Assembly (NCBI GenBank): GCA_001643675.2 | Contig: LSRY02000033.1 | Span: 248,001-312,000, forward strand | Reading direction: 5' to 3' | Source: Monocercomonoides exilis PA203 | Taxonomy: Eukaryota; Protista; Preaxostyla | DNA: 64,000 nucleotides | Shown: positions 13,201-26,234 of the stretch, piece by piece | How the letters are laid out: every line of letters starts with the position of its first letter | How positions within the stretch are numbered: the first letter of the stretch is position 1 | The notes under the pieces: generated by a model | The model's database searches: none | Told to the model about the DNA's origin: nothing | What the model saw: only the letters and a program-made list of their open reading frames with translations | Program-made: the position numbers and the translations under genes

Positions 13201-13822
13201 CTCAATATGAACCAGTTTTCCAGTAAACGAAAACAATGAAGGCAATCGAATTTCAGAAATAAGCCTTTGTTCAATTCCACACAACAATCCAAGTGCTCTT
13301 TGATATAATCTCATTTCACATAGACATTCAGCTTTCAGTAAATTGCATTCAATTATAAACTGTAAATTTGCGGATTTATTGCTTTTCATAGCTTTATCAA
13401 AACATCTGCAAGCAAATAGAAATAATCCATCTTTTATTCCAAGTATTGCTCGAAGAAAAAGCCAAATATGCGACTAAATAAAAGAATTTCAAACAAAATT
13501 AATTAATAAAATAACAAACAATCTTACCGATTTGCCTCAAATTGTACAGGATTAACAAAGGCTCATTCTTACATCCACATTGAAGCAAATGCCAGCATAT
13601 TGCATATAATGCATTTTCACTTAATTTTTGGGATTTAATATGAATGAGAATATCATTGTTGCTCTTCAAAAATAAAAAATAATTTAAATTCAAAAATACA
13701 TAAGATTAAAATGAAAATTGCACAACTTTCAATAAATTTCCAGAATAAGCATCGGTTATCACTTTCCTTTGATAATCTTTATTTTTAAAATGCGAACCAT
13801 CATGATTCGATAGCTCTTCCAT
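10210..13822 (-). CDS. Large Glu/Ser-rich protein with TPR-like helices
   Basis: 1059-aa terminal ORF with ALLCYAECLLIDPLFFPAWVNAALLL (TPR-like). Probable small upstream exons from ATG 13822 (MEELSNHD...); 5' structure approximate. Confidence 0.65.
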
Positions 13823-14020
13823 GTCTCATAATAAAATTTACATCGAATCTACATATCAATATTTTTAATGATGGTAATAATTTTTGATCATCATAAAATA
13901 TAACAAAGTTTTTTTGGATAACGGTTATATTTTAAACGTGTTCTAAAGCACTTTCAAAATTTATATAGAAAATTTCAGAGATAATTTCAAAATTATTTTT
14001 TGAATATTTTCTTTATTTTA

Positions 14021-17000
14021 ATGGCAACACACATTTATCCATCATCTCGAGGAGGAAGGCATCTTCCTTCACTTTTGGATAGTTCTCGCGCGTCAACCCC
14101 TCAATCAACATTTATCACCGAGGCCAATGTGCTAAATAATGATGGAAAATCAACTTCAACCGGTACATCTTTTTAAATATATTATTTGATGAGTTGTCTC
14201 AACTTTAATGTTTTTAGATTTATTTCCTTCATCTTTTCAGAATCTCAGAAAAATATCTTCATCAATAAATAAAATGCTTACAGAAGTTCTTGTTTCATTG
14301 TCAGATATTGCAACTACAGCTCAAACTGAGCAAGAAGATCCAAGAATGGAAGAGATTTACCGTTTGTTGAAAGAGTGGGACGAAGAAAAAGACAAGCATG
14401 AACAAAGATATAAAGCACTCATGAAAGAAATTGATGCTATTAAAAGTATGTTTCACACTTTCCTTTCCTTTTCTTTTACGATATACTTTTTTAAATCAAA
14501 TCCAAAATAAATTTTATTTCTTTGACTAATCATAACAGGAGGTCCAGAAGAAAAACAACTCGAAAAACCTGTGAAAGAAAAACAAAAAATTAGATCCGAA
14601 CACATGAAACTGAGAGAAAGGGCAAAATGTTTACGAAGTGTCGATCAACTTTCTACATTGGGGGCTCATTCACGACCAGTGTTTCGAGTCGAAGAAGAAA
14701 TTGAAAGATTCAGACAGACTGTATGTCGTTATTACTATTTTTTTTTAAAAAAACAAAATAAAACAATGAATTTCCCTGATTCTGAAAAAAACTTTATCTT
14801 TATTTTCTTGATTAATATTTATTTGTTTACTCAATGCTGTTGTATTATCAGCTTGCAAGCCATGCTGATGCTAATTCTGAAGACGAAGGGGAAGAAAATG
14901 GAAATCAAAGAGGAAGATCAGTTTGCCTTTTATAATTAACGTCATTTATTTTCTCTTCATTAAAACCATTTTATTTGAATTCATATTAATTCATTTATGT
15001 TTGAAAAAATTTAAATAAAAAAAAAATGAAATTCATTCAACATAACGCAAATTGTCCTCATTTCATCTTCTCCAACAGCACACACATCAGAAGCCCTCCA
15101 ACAAAACCAGACGGCGCAACTCTTCTCTTCCGCCTCTCCCACCTTCTTCTTCTTCTTCCTCCTCCTCCTCTTCCTCTTCTCCTTCTCCTGCACCTCCATC
15201 TGCCTCTCCTGTCCCATCAACCACATTCATCACTTCATCCGATTTCTCTCTTCCGCCCATCCAGCGAAGCACATCACCTCCAAACACACACTCCCATCCA
15301 CAACCACCATCATCATCTTTTGATGCTTCATTGACTTCTTCCTCTTCATCTCCTATGATCCACAACCAGTTTGCCGAAGAAGACGCCGAAGTGAAGCGGC
15401 TGCGCAGCAGTGCACGCAAACAGCACCGCTCAGTTTCTGTCGATCCTTCTTATTCACAATACGTCCGCGCTTCGTCTGCTGCTGCCATCACCTCCGCTTC
15501 TGCCTCCATCTTCCGCCAGTGGAGAGAAAAATCACCACCATCATCATCATCTTCTTCTTCTTCCTCTTCCTCCTCTTCCTCTTCCACCAACACCAACCGT
15601 AGCCTCACTCCACAAGAAGCCTTTTCACGTCGTTTTGGCTCCCCTTCACGTTTGTCCTCCCTCACCTCTCCGCTAACTGCCTCGCAGCGTGCCATCACTC
15701 CCCTCTTCATCACCTCCGCAGAGATGGTGCGCCGCTCTGCAGAGCTGTCTGCCGTCGTCTGCGAGCGCAGAAAGGAGCAGGAGAAAGAAGAGCAGCAGCA
15801 GAAGCAGCAGCAGCTTGCACAGAAACTGCGGATCTTGTCTCAGATCAAAGCAGAGAACCACGCCATGTACACACAAACATACGGCCAGCACGCTACGCAG
15901 ATGCGCTGGCTGATTCTTGCCACGGCGGTGAGCCGGCTGGCATGTGTGGAGGACGGGCTGGCAGAGGACAGGGCGAGGAGGGAGCTGAAGCGGCTGGCGA
16001 ATGCGCGCGCGGACGAGGAGGAGAGGCTGAGGAAGCTGCATGCGATGCGGCAGCGCCGGCAGCGGCTGGCGAAGTCTTGGAGTGTGATGACGAGAGCCAT
16101 TGGAAGGTACATCACGTCGTTCCGAGCGAGAAAAAGGGCGGCGTCTTTGTCGCTGATTGTGATATCTCTGACGGAAGTGGGCAAGCAGCAGCATCTGATC
16201 TCTGTCATCCACAAGTACAAGCAGATGGTGATGGTTGGGCAGCGAATCATCAGATCTTTCCTCACCTGCTGGCAGCAGCGGCTGAAGGCGGCGCGGATGC
16301 TGTGGATGGAAGAAGAGGCAGTTCTCCTGCGAGGCAAGCCAAGACGTCGTGTCGACCCAAACTTGTATCCCACACACCACGTGTCACAGCAGTCCATGTT
16401 CTTCACTGCTCTCCTCAGCGGCGCCAGCGTCGCGTCTTCTGCAGCTGCTGCTGGAGGGCTGGGTGGATTGGGTGGATTTGGAGGAGACAGGAGAGGAGAG
16501 CCTGCCCCGGTGCTGTTTGGAGGGCTTGTGGGGAAACTACCGCTGGACCCGTCAGAGGCGAGGCGGAGGGAAAGGGCAAAGGAGAGAGACGGAGGAGAAG
16601 GAGGAGAAGAGAGTGCAGAGTCAAGTGGGGCAGCGACACGAAGAAGCCTGGCGGATCTGTCAGGAAACCCGTTTATGACATCATCGTCTTCACTGAAAAC
16701 AGTTTCATCATCATCATCATCATCATCATCAAATTCGGCTTCTTCTCCTTCCTCCTCCTCCACCTCCTCCTCCACTCTGCTCCCCACCTCCAACGTGTTC
16801 AAGCCCCTTGCCCGCACCTCCACCTCCTCTTCCACTTCAAGCAGCACACAGGCTGTTTCTGCCAGGCGTCCTTCTGTTGCCGGCGGAGGGGACAACGCAC
16901 GCAGCGCGCGCCGTGGGGCCATTTCGATTCCAGAGCATGTCAGAATGAATGTCATCCAGTCACGCATGCGCCAGCTGAGGAGGCAGTTCACTACGAACTT

Positions 17001-17388
17001 GAAGAAGAAAGCTGCGGCCGCAGCTGCAGCAATGGGTGAAGCGGAAGCTGTTGCATCATCATCATCTTCTTCTTCTTCTTCTTCTGCTTCTACCACTTCT
17101 TCTATTTTAACTGTAAATTCTTCTTCTTCTGTGTTCAGTGACATCGAAGAAGAAGCAGTGCTCCCGCGGCCGTTCATGTTTATGCTGGAGTTCAAGCAAG
17201 ACCTGCCACTTCTCGTTGCGCAGACGTATCAGACATACACAGGACGCTCTTTTGACACGTCTGCAGCGACTCCGCAGGCTGCTTCGCCTCAGCCGTATAA
17301 CCAGTCATACAACCAGCGTGTTTCGTCTAACTCTCCATCAACTTCTTCCCCATACCTCGCCACTCCAAACAAACAAGCGCAGACCTAG
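14021..17388 (+). CDS. Multi-exon Ser-rich/coiled-coil hypothetical protein
   Basis: ATG 14021 (MATHIYPSSRGG), exon-like ORFs near 14220-14450 and 14540-14720, and a 778-aa terminal ORF with higher GC. Confidence 0.65.
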
Positions 17389-18212
17389 GTGCAGACTCCT
17401 TTGTGAGGAGGTTAATTATAATGTGAATTTCGTATTTATTTTATTTTATTTTATTTTATTTGTTTATTTCTTTTGTTTTCTTTTATTTTCTTTTTGCTGA
17501 TTTCTCTTCATTTGGTGTTCAAGTTTGTTAAAAATAATGTTTCTCATAATTCAACTTTTATTCACAACAATTTTTAGTGATATTTGTTTTTGTCAGATTC
17601 AACTTTTTTTGCTGACGTCTATTATTTTTTGCATTTTATTTGACCTGATTTCATTTTTCTGTTTTAAATTCCGATGTTGATTAACACTTTATATTGTAAT
17701 CATTCTACAGCGGAATTTTACACTTTCATCATTTGTTTTAATAAACATGAATACAAATATAGTTTCATTTTGATTTATGTTCTATAATTGCATGATTGTT
17801 TATTTGTATCAATTTATAAGCTGCGCATTTTTTGAATGAAATTTGAAATCGTGAACAAAAAATTTTTTTTCATTGAAAAGCATCATTTCATTCGAAACAA
17901 ACAAAGAAAATCTTCAATTAATAAAAAGTTGCATCCTTGATTAATGAAAAGAATAAGTTTATTGCATTGAAAAATTTTCCTTTTATTAAAAGTAAAATTA
18001 CGAAGAATGGAAAAAATATTCGGTAGAATAATGAATCTTTTTCTGCCAACTTGAAGAATTTTCTGTTTGTAATTATCGAATGCAATTATGGCGCACCGAA
18101 AAAGTGAAAATTATTCTTGTGTGTTTATCCGAAAAAAAGAAATAATCTCCGATTCTCTCCCATAAAATATTAAGCAATCTCCGGTATTTGAAATAACTGG
18201 ATTTGTGAGGCT

Positions 18213-21200
18213 ATGCACCTTGTCATTTTATTGATTTTTGTTTGGACACAATGTAAGTTTTTTGAAGAAACGGATTGCTGTGTGTATAAACTTCATAAAT
18301 CTCCAGAAAAACCACAATTATGCGTTATACCACCTTTTGCATCGTTGGAAATCAGCTCAAAAGATAAAATCATTTCATATGAAGACGTAAACGTCAAGCT
18401 CTTTTCACTACCGGATTATGCAACCAATTCAATAGAGCAATACGACAATTTTAACTTTTCTTTATCAAAAAAGAATCCCATTTCAAACATCCGTCCGTTA
18501 GTTTTATATCGATTAGAAACAGAGAATACAAAAAGCAAAGCCTATTTGCACGTATTTTACAGATCCATTTTTGGAGTTCCACTTGGATTAATTGCTTCTA
18601 TTTCATTTGCACTAACGTTACTTAATTTGTGTGTTGATCTTCTTATTTTTACTTATAACATCAATGTTAATTTATTTATCTATTTTATACAAAAAGATCG
18701 TTTGTTCGTAGCCTTTTGCAAAAAGTAATTCACAGAAGTGTTTCTTCTGTTATTTCTCGATTTTTCCTACCATTTGTTGTTGGCACAGGGTTATTTTATC
18801 TTTCAACTCCATCTTCTATTGAGTTGCTTTCCGAATTAATGCATGTGCCAGAAGAAATATTGTCAGCATCCCTTTCATTTTATTCAACTGCATATAGACC
18901 AGGCAAGAGGCTCGAACTATTCCTCCAGTCTCATCCTTCCCTTACGAAGGATTCACTAATTGCAAAGTTTTTTTCAGTGTATGATTTCGTGAAAGAAAGA
19001 ATAATGTCACTAGCTGGGTGGCTATTGAGCATTGTGTTGCATCCTCTTCACTTCATCACTTCAGTTATTCGAGAAAGTGCATTATTATTTAGATGCGCTT
19101 TTTTTGATACCACTCACCTGTTTTCAGAATCCCCTTCTGCTTCAGAGCTTGACAGCAGCTCTTCTGCTTCTCGCACGTCATCTTCATCATTTGTTGCTTC
19201 ATCCTCGTTTTCTTTTCCTCTTTCGTGCGCGTTCTTTCTCCTGTTTATGGGAACATTCTTTGACCCACACTCTTCCACTTCTTCGCTTTCTGCGTCTCTC
19301 GTTTTGTTCCCTCTTTTAACGCTGTCACAGCTCTTTTTGTTTACCAATTCAATCTATGCGCTTTTTTATTATCCTCTTCGCTTTCTATCATTTGCCAATA
19401 ACTTTAACCCATCTTCTGCTTCAACTCTATCAAAGCTATCAAAACCACAGCTTTCTGTTCTGCCTGACGGAAAGACCCAAAATCAAAGCACTTCATATTT
19501 TTCCTTTGCCTCTCTTCTCTTCTCTCAGGTCTCATACGATACAGCACTCAAATACTCAGCCGTTGCCTCAGTCTGTTCCTTCTGCGCACTCTATTTTTAC
19601 CTCAGACACCTCACATCACTCAAATTCCACAGCTATTCAATGACAAAACTGCACAAGAGCCGATTCATGCACAGACGCCGCCACTCGCGCCCAAGGACAG
19701 AAAAGCCATCGACTCTGCCGTATGCGCTGTGCTCTTTTCTGCTGATATTCGTCTTCATCTTCCACATTGGCATGTTTATGCACTTAATCTCCCGGCGCAC
19801 GTTCTATTTCTCTTCCACTTCGGGAAACATGCTGCTCCGCCAGGTGCGGCGCTTCCTCTTCGGCAAGCCGATGTGCGAGCCTGTCTCAATGCTGGACAGC
19901 CAGTGCGTGCAGGTGGCTGAGCCGTCTAAAGAAGAGGAAGAGAGGCTGCAGAGGAAAATGGCACTGATTGTGGCGTTTGTCCTTGCTTTTGATTGGAGCG
20001 AGCCGAAAATGAAGAAGAAGAAGAATATGTCGACGGCAGAGGAAGATGCTGAAGCGGAAGAGGAAAAGAAGAAGAGGAAGAGGAAAATAGCGAAGATCAA
20101 GATGCAGAAGCTGGTTGGGAGGAGCAAAGAGCAAAGAAAGAGAGAGGCAAAGCAAATGAAGAATAAGAATAAGAATAAGAACAAGAAGAAGTATGGGCAG
20201 AAATTCTACGAGAGAAGAAAAGAAGAGAGAGAAGAAGAAAGCAGCGAAGAAGAAAGCAGCGGCAACGAGGTAGCTTCAAATGAGATAAGCGAAGAAGAGC
20301 TGGATGAGCTGCTGGACGAATACGAAGACGATCTTGTCTCGTCATCAACGCTGTCAGACAGCGATTACAGCGTAAGTGATTCGTTTGAACAGCTTTTCTC
20401 ACAGAGCTCCTATCACACAGGAGGAAGAGGAAAACACGACTATGATTCATTTGACTCAGAGGAATACAGTTATGATGATAGTGAAGAGTATCATAGGCAC
20501 AAACAGAGACAGAACTACAACAGCAAACACAATCATAACCACCATCACCGATCAACAAGTCAGTTTAATTCGACTTCAGGTGATGCGAACAATGAGTATA
20601 TGAGAGACAGAATGGAGAGAGCGGGGAGAAGGAAGATAGCAGACTTGACCTCATTTCGGTCAGATGTTGTCTTCACACTGACACGACTGCTTCTTTTGCT
20701 GTGGATTATGTCTATTATTTGCATGGCGCCCAGAAACAGCGAAAAGATTGAGAGAACTCTGAAGAATGCGAGCGGAAGGGAGTCGAGCGTGCTGCTGTCG
20801 TCGTGGATTTCTGGTGTGAAAGACAGACAAAAGGGGGAAATATGCAGCAAAGACACAAACAATGCCAGCGGGGATAAAATAGAAGAAGGAGGTTATGATG
20901 ATGATGATGATGATGATGATGACAACTGTGAAGGCGTGCAGATGGTAAGGAGAGAGGAATATTTCTCATGGAAGCCCGTGTTCTTTGAGGTGTTAGGCAA
21001 AGGAAGGCTGTTTTTATTCCAGTCGCTGTTTGGCATTCATTCAACAGCGAACAATGATTCACTGCTTTTCAGTGCCTCAGAAGCAGCATCAAAAGCAGTT
21101 TCACAGGAAATCAAAGCAGAAGGCAGCAAACCGCAGCAAGTGCTGCTTATTTCTATTCCTTCTGTTATTCTCTGTCTTTTGCTCTTCATTTCACTCTGCT

Positions 21201-23881
21201 CTTCTCCATTTTCACCAAATTCCGGAAACTCTCTTTCTCTTAGGCAGTCTTTCTCTCGTCTTTTTGGCTCTATTTCTTCTGCTTTTTACAACTCGTTCAT
21301 TGACAGCGATGATTTCTCTAGCTTTTCTTTGAGCTATCGGAGAAAGAGAAAAGGCTGCTGCAAATGCTGCAGATGTGGTTGTGGATGCAACTGCATGAGA
21401 ACTTTTGTCAATGTGATTTCCTTTGCCATCTCTCTTGTTCTTCTTCCGTTTAATGTTCTGTCGATTATCGTGACCCACCTGATTTCCCCGCTTGTCTCAA
21501 AAATAAGCATTTTCATTCTCGTCGTATCGTTCATCGTCACTCCGTATTTCCCGTTCTTTTCGCTCTCTCCAATCTACTCGAATCAATTCACTTCTTCTTC
21601 TTCTCCCTTTTCAACGCTGAAATCCACATTTCAGGATGATTCGTTTACGTCGCTTTCCTCTTTCTCTTCTGCCTGTGCCACATTCGTCACCACGCTCGTC
21701 AACATCGTCTGCAACGCACTGGTCATCCAAATTCCTCTTCCGAAGCAGAAATTCGAGTTAGCATCGACAATCAACCAGGTTTGGTCATCAGCTTCTGCAT
21801 CGGCATCAGCAAATGCAACTGTGCTGAATGATAATAATAATAATAATAATAACGGTAGTAGCAGCTTAGGAGCAAAAGTTAATGCTTCCACAATCTCTTA
21901 TATTGTGTCTAATGCCACATCCTCCATTTTCTACATCTGGTCTGCTATAACTTCGTTGTTCTCTTATCGTTCTTTCATCACACGATACCATTCTCCTTCG
22001 TATTTCCTCTCAACATTGTCTGCAGTTCCACTGTCAACTCTGTTAGAACTGGCACTTGCATTTGTGTCTGTACTTTATGCTGAGTCATCTTCAAATGCGT
22101 TTTTACAGCTGAAAAGGAAAATGGAGCGCAAAATGAGGAAAAAGCAATTGATATCGATGCTTATGGAAAGACTGAGGAGGAAAGAAAGAATGTCAGACAA
22201 CAAAAAATCTGATTCTTATTCGAAGAGAAGAAAGAGAACACCCAAAAGAGGAATCGAAGCAGCAGAAAGCGGGCGAATTGAGCAGAAGATGCTGCGACTG
22301 AGTGCGAATCCTCTGTTTGCATTTTTGTTTCGTGCTATTTCATCAGCCTTCTGCGGGCTGGTGATTCTTCGCATGAACGGGTGGGACAGCAGCAGCATCC
22401 TGATTGAGGCGAGCGCAGGGCATACACACAGCCTGCCCTCTCATTTCTACTCTTCTTCGTACTCAAAGACGATATTCCGGCAGCATCCATATATCTCTCT
22501 GTTCATTGCAGGAGTGGCAACACAGTGCTTTTTGACTGTTTTCATTTCAACATTCCGCTTTCTAAGCGACTTTCTGTCGGCTCTTTTTGTGTGCTTCCGA
22601 GTCGGTGAAGATGGAGAACATGCACTGGAGCATTCATTAAGGAAGAGCGAGAGGGATAAAAGAAGGCTGCTGGAGATAAGCGAGCTGAGGAAAGATCTGA
22701 AGCGAGAAGACGAGAAGAGGAAGAAGAAGAAGCAGAACGATAGAAGGATGCGGGAGCACAGTTTTTCTGATGATGAGTATGACACATGTGACACAGAATA
22801 CTACGACTATCAGAACGCTGCATTCACTCTCAACAGGGGGATGGTGCCACAAGTGGAGGAAGTTGTGCAGCCTTCTGCGAACTTCTATTCCGCATCCACT
22901 CCAAACAGCTTCCGCAGCAGCATGATGCAAAACCCGTACTACGAAGAAGAGGACGATAGAATGAGGAATGCAATGCCGCACCGACGATCAGTCAGCATGT
23001 CGAGTGTTGTGCTGAGAGAGAACGAGGATTCGTCGCCAGCGATTGACAGGAGAACGAGAGAAGAGATTGGGCAAAGAGGCAACAGAAGCAACAGAAACAG
23101 CAGAAGCAACTCGTCTGAAGCAAAACCAGGCGGAATCAAAGGCATTTTCCAATCGCTGCGGAGGAGCATGACGCCAAAGGCAGCGAGAGACGAAGATTCC
23201 AATGAAGACTCAGCACAGTTCACCAGCACACACCTCAGTGGCAGCATCAACAACATTGGCGGTGGTGCAGCAGACGATGAGCTCAGCAGCCAGCGCAGCA
23301 GAGACAATGCAAGTGCTGCGTATATGCCGTCGATCCAGCTCCATCCGTTTGGAGCGTATCCTTCTTCCTTTGAGACATATGAGATTCCTCAGTGCCCGCC
23401 TTCTCCGTACCCTCCTACCCATCTCCAGTACGCCTCCAAATCTCCCCACGTTTACACACGCCCGCCTTCTGCCTCTGCTTCGCCTGCTCCTGCCACAATA
23501 TTCCACACTTTGTCTTCCTCTTCCCCTTATCCACCGCGCATGTACCCCAATTTACCCCCTGCTTACTATCCCGATCCTGCTGTCGCTGCTCCTTCTTCTT
23601 CTGCACAATACGTCCTCCCAACAGACCCATCGGGCGTGGGATATGTGAATCCATCATTTTATGCCCGTTCGTCGCCTTCTCCTCGCTTTCCTTCTCTTTC
23701 TTCTTCTCCATTTCCGACACAGCACATGCGTTTAAACACTCCTGGGCTGTCTAATTCTCCGTTTGCACAGATACCGAATGACTCAGCGCGCATTTTGGAA
23801 TCAAGCGGAATGATGGATATTGAGGAAGAATCAAACTCTTCAAATGATCATTCAAATAGTATTTTTGAACAAGTTCCTTAA
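18213..23881 (+). CDS. Large multi-pass membrane protein with charged and Pro/Ser-rich regions
   Basis: 1721-aa ORF with many hydrophobic segments, joined in frame to ORF 18213-18728 by a GT-AG intron at 18629-18696. True start uncertain. Confidence 0.7.
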
Positions 23882-24173
23882 TCATTAAAAACCAATTTTT
23901 ACAATATTTATTTTTTTAAATTTTTTATTCTTTACGGTTGACGTAAAATTGATGATTAGAAATTTTACCATTTTGCGTTATAGTTTTTTACTGCTCTTCT
24001 TATTGAAATTACCTTGAAAATTATTGAACTAAACAAGCATTTATCAATATTTATTTGATCGCAACCACCATAAAAAAATATATAAATGACAAGTGTTTAT
24101 TAACTGTAGAAATTTCCAAGAACAAACTTTTAATCCCACATAAAATACTTTTAACCTTTTCTTAAGTTTCAAT

Positions 24174-24864
24174 ATGAACTTTATATTTTCGGTAGTTCTT
24201 TTTGTTTTCTGCTTTGCTGTTTCAAATGAGAAAGACGATGGAAGCGCGCCCCTCTGCCGTATGTTTTTCTTTTTAATATACTCTTCTTTTTTAAAACTTA
24301 ATATACTTTTATGCAATGATTTTTCTTTCTTTTTTTTATGAATGTAAAGAGGCTCTTTGCTGCAGATTTGGTGGATATGGAGGAAATGGTCCATGCTGTT
24401 GCTGTTGTAGATGCCCTGGATACGGTGGATTTCGCGGATATGGAGGGCCAAGCTGCAATTATGGATATGGAAGCGGAAGCTCATGCGGTGGTGGATGCGG
24501 AGGATACGGAGGATACGGAGGGTTTGGAGGATATGGCGATTACGGACGTTACAGGGGAGGTGATTATTGCGGAGGTTGTGGATTCGGAAGGTATGGTGGA
24601 AATGGAGGTTGTGGTTGTTGCGGAGGGTTTGGAGGATTTGGAAGCGGGAATCGAGAAAGATCTTTATCATTTTCACAAACAACTTCATTTAACTTAAATG
24701 ATTGTTGTGATTGCTCATATGGGGGAATGGGAGGATTCATGGGAGGTGGAGGATTCGATTTTGGGGGATGTGGAGGTTATGGAGGCTATGGAGGGCGAAA
24801 TTGCGAAATGGGATGCGGAAGGTTTGGTTGTGGTGGCTGTGGAGGGGGATATGGAGGATGGTGA
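24174..24864 (+). CDS. Secreted Gly/Tyr/Cys-rich protein, 199 aa
   Basis: Exon 1 24174-24258 encodes signal peptide MNFIFSVVLFVFCFAVS; phase-1 intron 24259-24349 (GTATGT...AAAG); exon 2 has GGYGG/GGCG repeats. Confidence 0.85.
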
Positions 24865-26234
24865 GATATTTTTATAGGCAAACAATTGAAAAATCAATAA
24901 TCAGGATTCTTTTTTGATTTTTTTTTTTCAAAATGATTATTTTTCAATTTTATTCAATTGAATAAGAAATTGATTAATAATTTTGAAATGCAATATTCTC
25001 ACCATTTTTTTGGGAAAAACATTATGACAAGTTATGAAAAGTTTTTTAATTGTATTTTGAGCAAGAAGCGCAAGTTTTTGACTTTTTTGAAGAACCATTA
25101 AAAATTATCTTTTTTTAAAAAACTAAAATTTCTTTGAAAATACGGTTTTTTTAATTAAATATGTTAAACGCACAATTTTGAGAATCAAATAACAATAACT
25201 TTATAATATTAATTTATTGCCTTGTTCTGTTGGTGAAAGGTCTTAAAATTTGTTATGTTTTTCTGTTTTGTTTCATTAATAAAGCAAATTCGCATTTTTT
25301 TCAAAATTGAAAAAATAGAATTCATGACATTTAAAATCGTTTTCAGAATTTTACAACATTTTATGACGCCAATTGAGGACATTCTTATCGAAAAAAATAC
25401 AAAGATCAAAAATGCAATATTTGACTAAAGAAAATCAAGATGTTTTGGTAGGATCATACAAAAATGTCAAAGTTGTTAGAAAATTAATTGTGGAAATATG
25501 ATATCGTTGACAGAGAAAACGAATCGAAAGGCTGCAATTGTTCCAATAAAAATTTTCAATTGTGAGTCAAAAGGCTTTTTTCACGAAAGAACCACAGATT
25601 CAAGCTGACATTTACTTATCGCATGTTTTTCAATTGAATTTTGGAAAATTGGACAAAGGATCCAGAAAGAAGATGAAATGGAAGAAAGCAACCCAGTGTC
25701 CAACAACAAAATGTTTTCAAAGAAACAAATTCGAAAATAAAACAGAAAAAAAAAAGACCAGATCAACAGTGGAATGCAAAAAGAAGCTGTGCGCCAAAGT
25801 GACAAAAGCTGGTTTGGAAGCATTTTCTTATTTGTTTCTGTTCAGCAATACATTTATTCAAATTCTATCACATTTAATAAAAACAGTTCTATTTTGTTTA
25901 ATTTCAATGTAACATCAGAGTCATCTGTTTAAATGGAGTTCCATTTGACTTGAATCGAAAGCTGGTGAAATACCTCTTTAAACATTCTGTGAAAGTTGTA
26001 GCTGAGAAAGACTTGATGCCTAATAACGATAGGAGATAGATTGTCGAACGTTTACTACATGCCATAAGTGCTGCTTTAGCTGTTTTTACAGCCAAAAGGG
26101 ACAGTGACATGAGAAAAGTGATCAGATGGACAATATTTTACCTTTGGACATTTTTTGCGAGATAAACCGAGGAAAATGAGCTGGCATAGCAAAAATAACT
26201 ATGGCGTCACCGATAAAGTTGGAGCTGTACAAAA

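Noticed and set aside
25400-26200. Short ORFs downstream of the giant receptor
   Set aside because: No consistent exon chain or motif; possibly decayed coding DNA.
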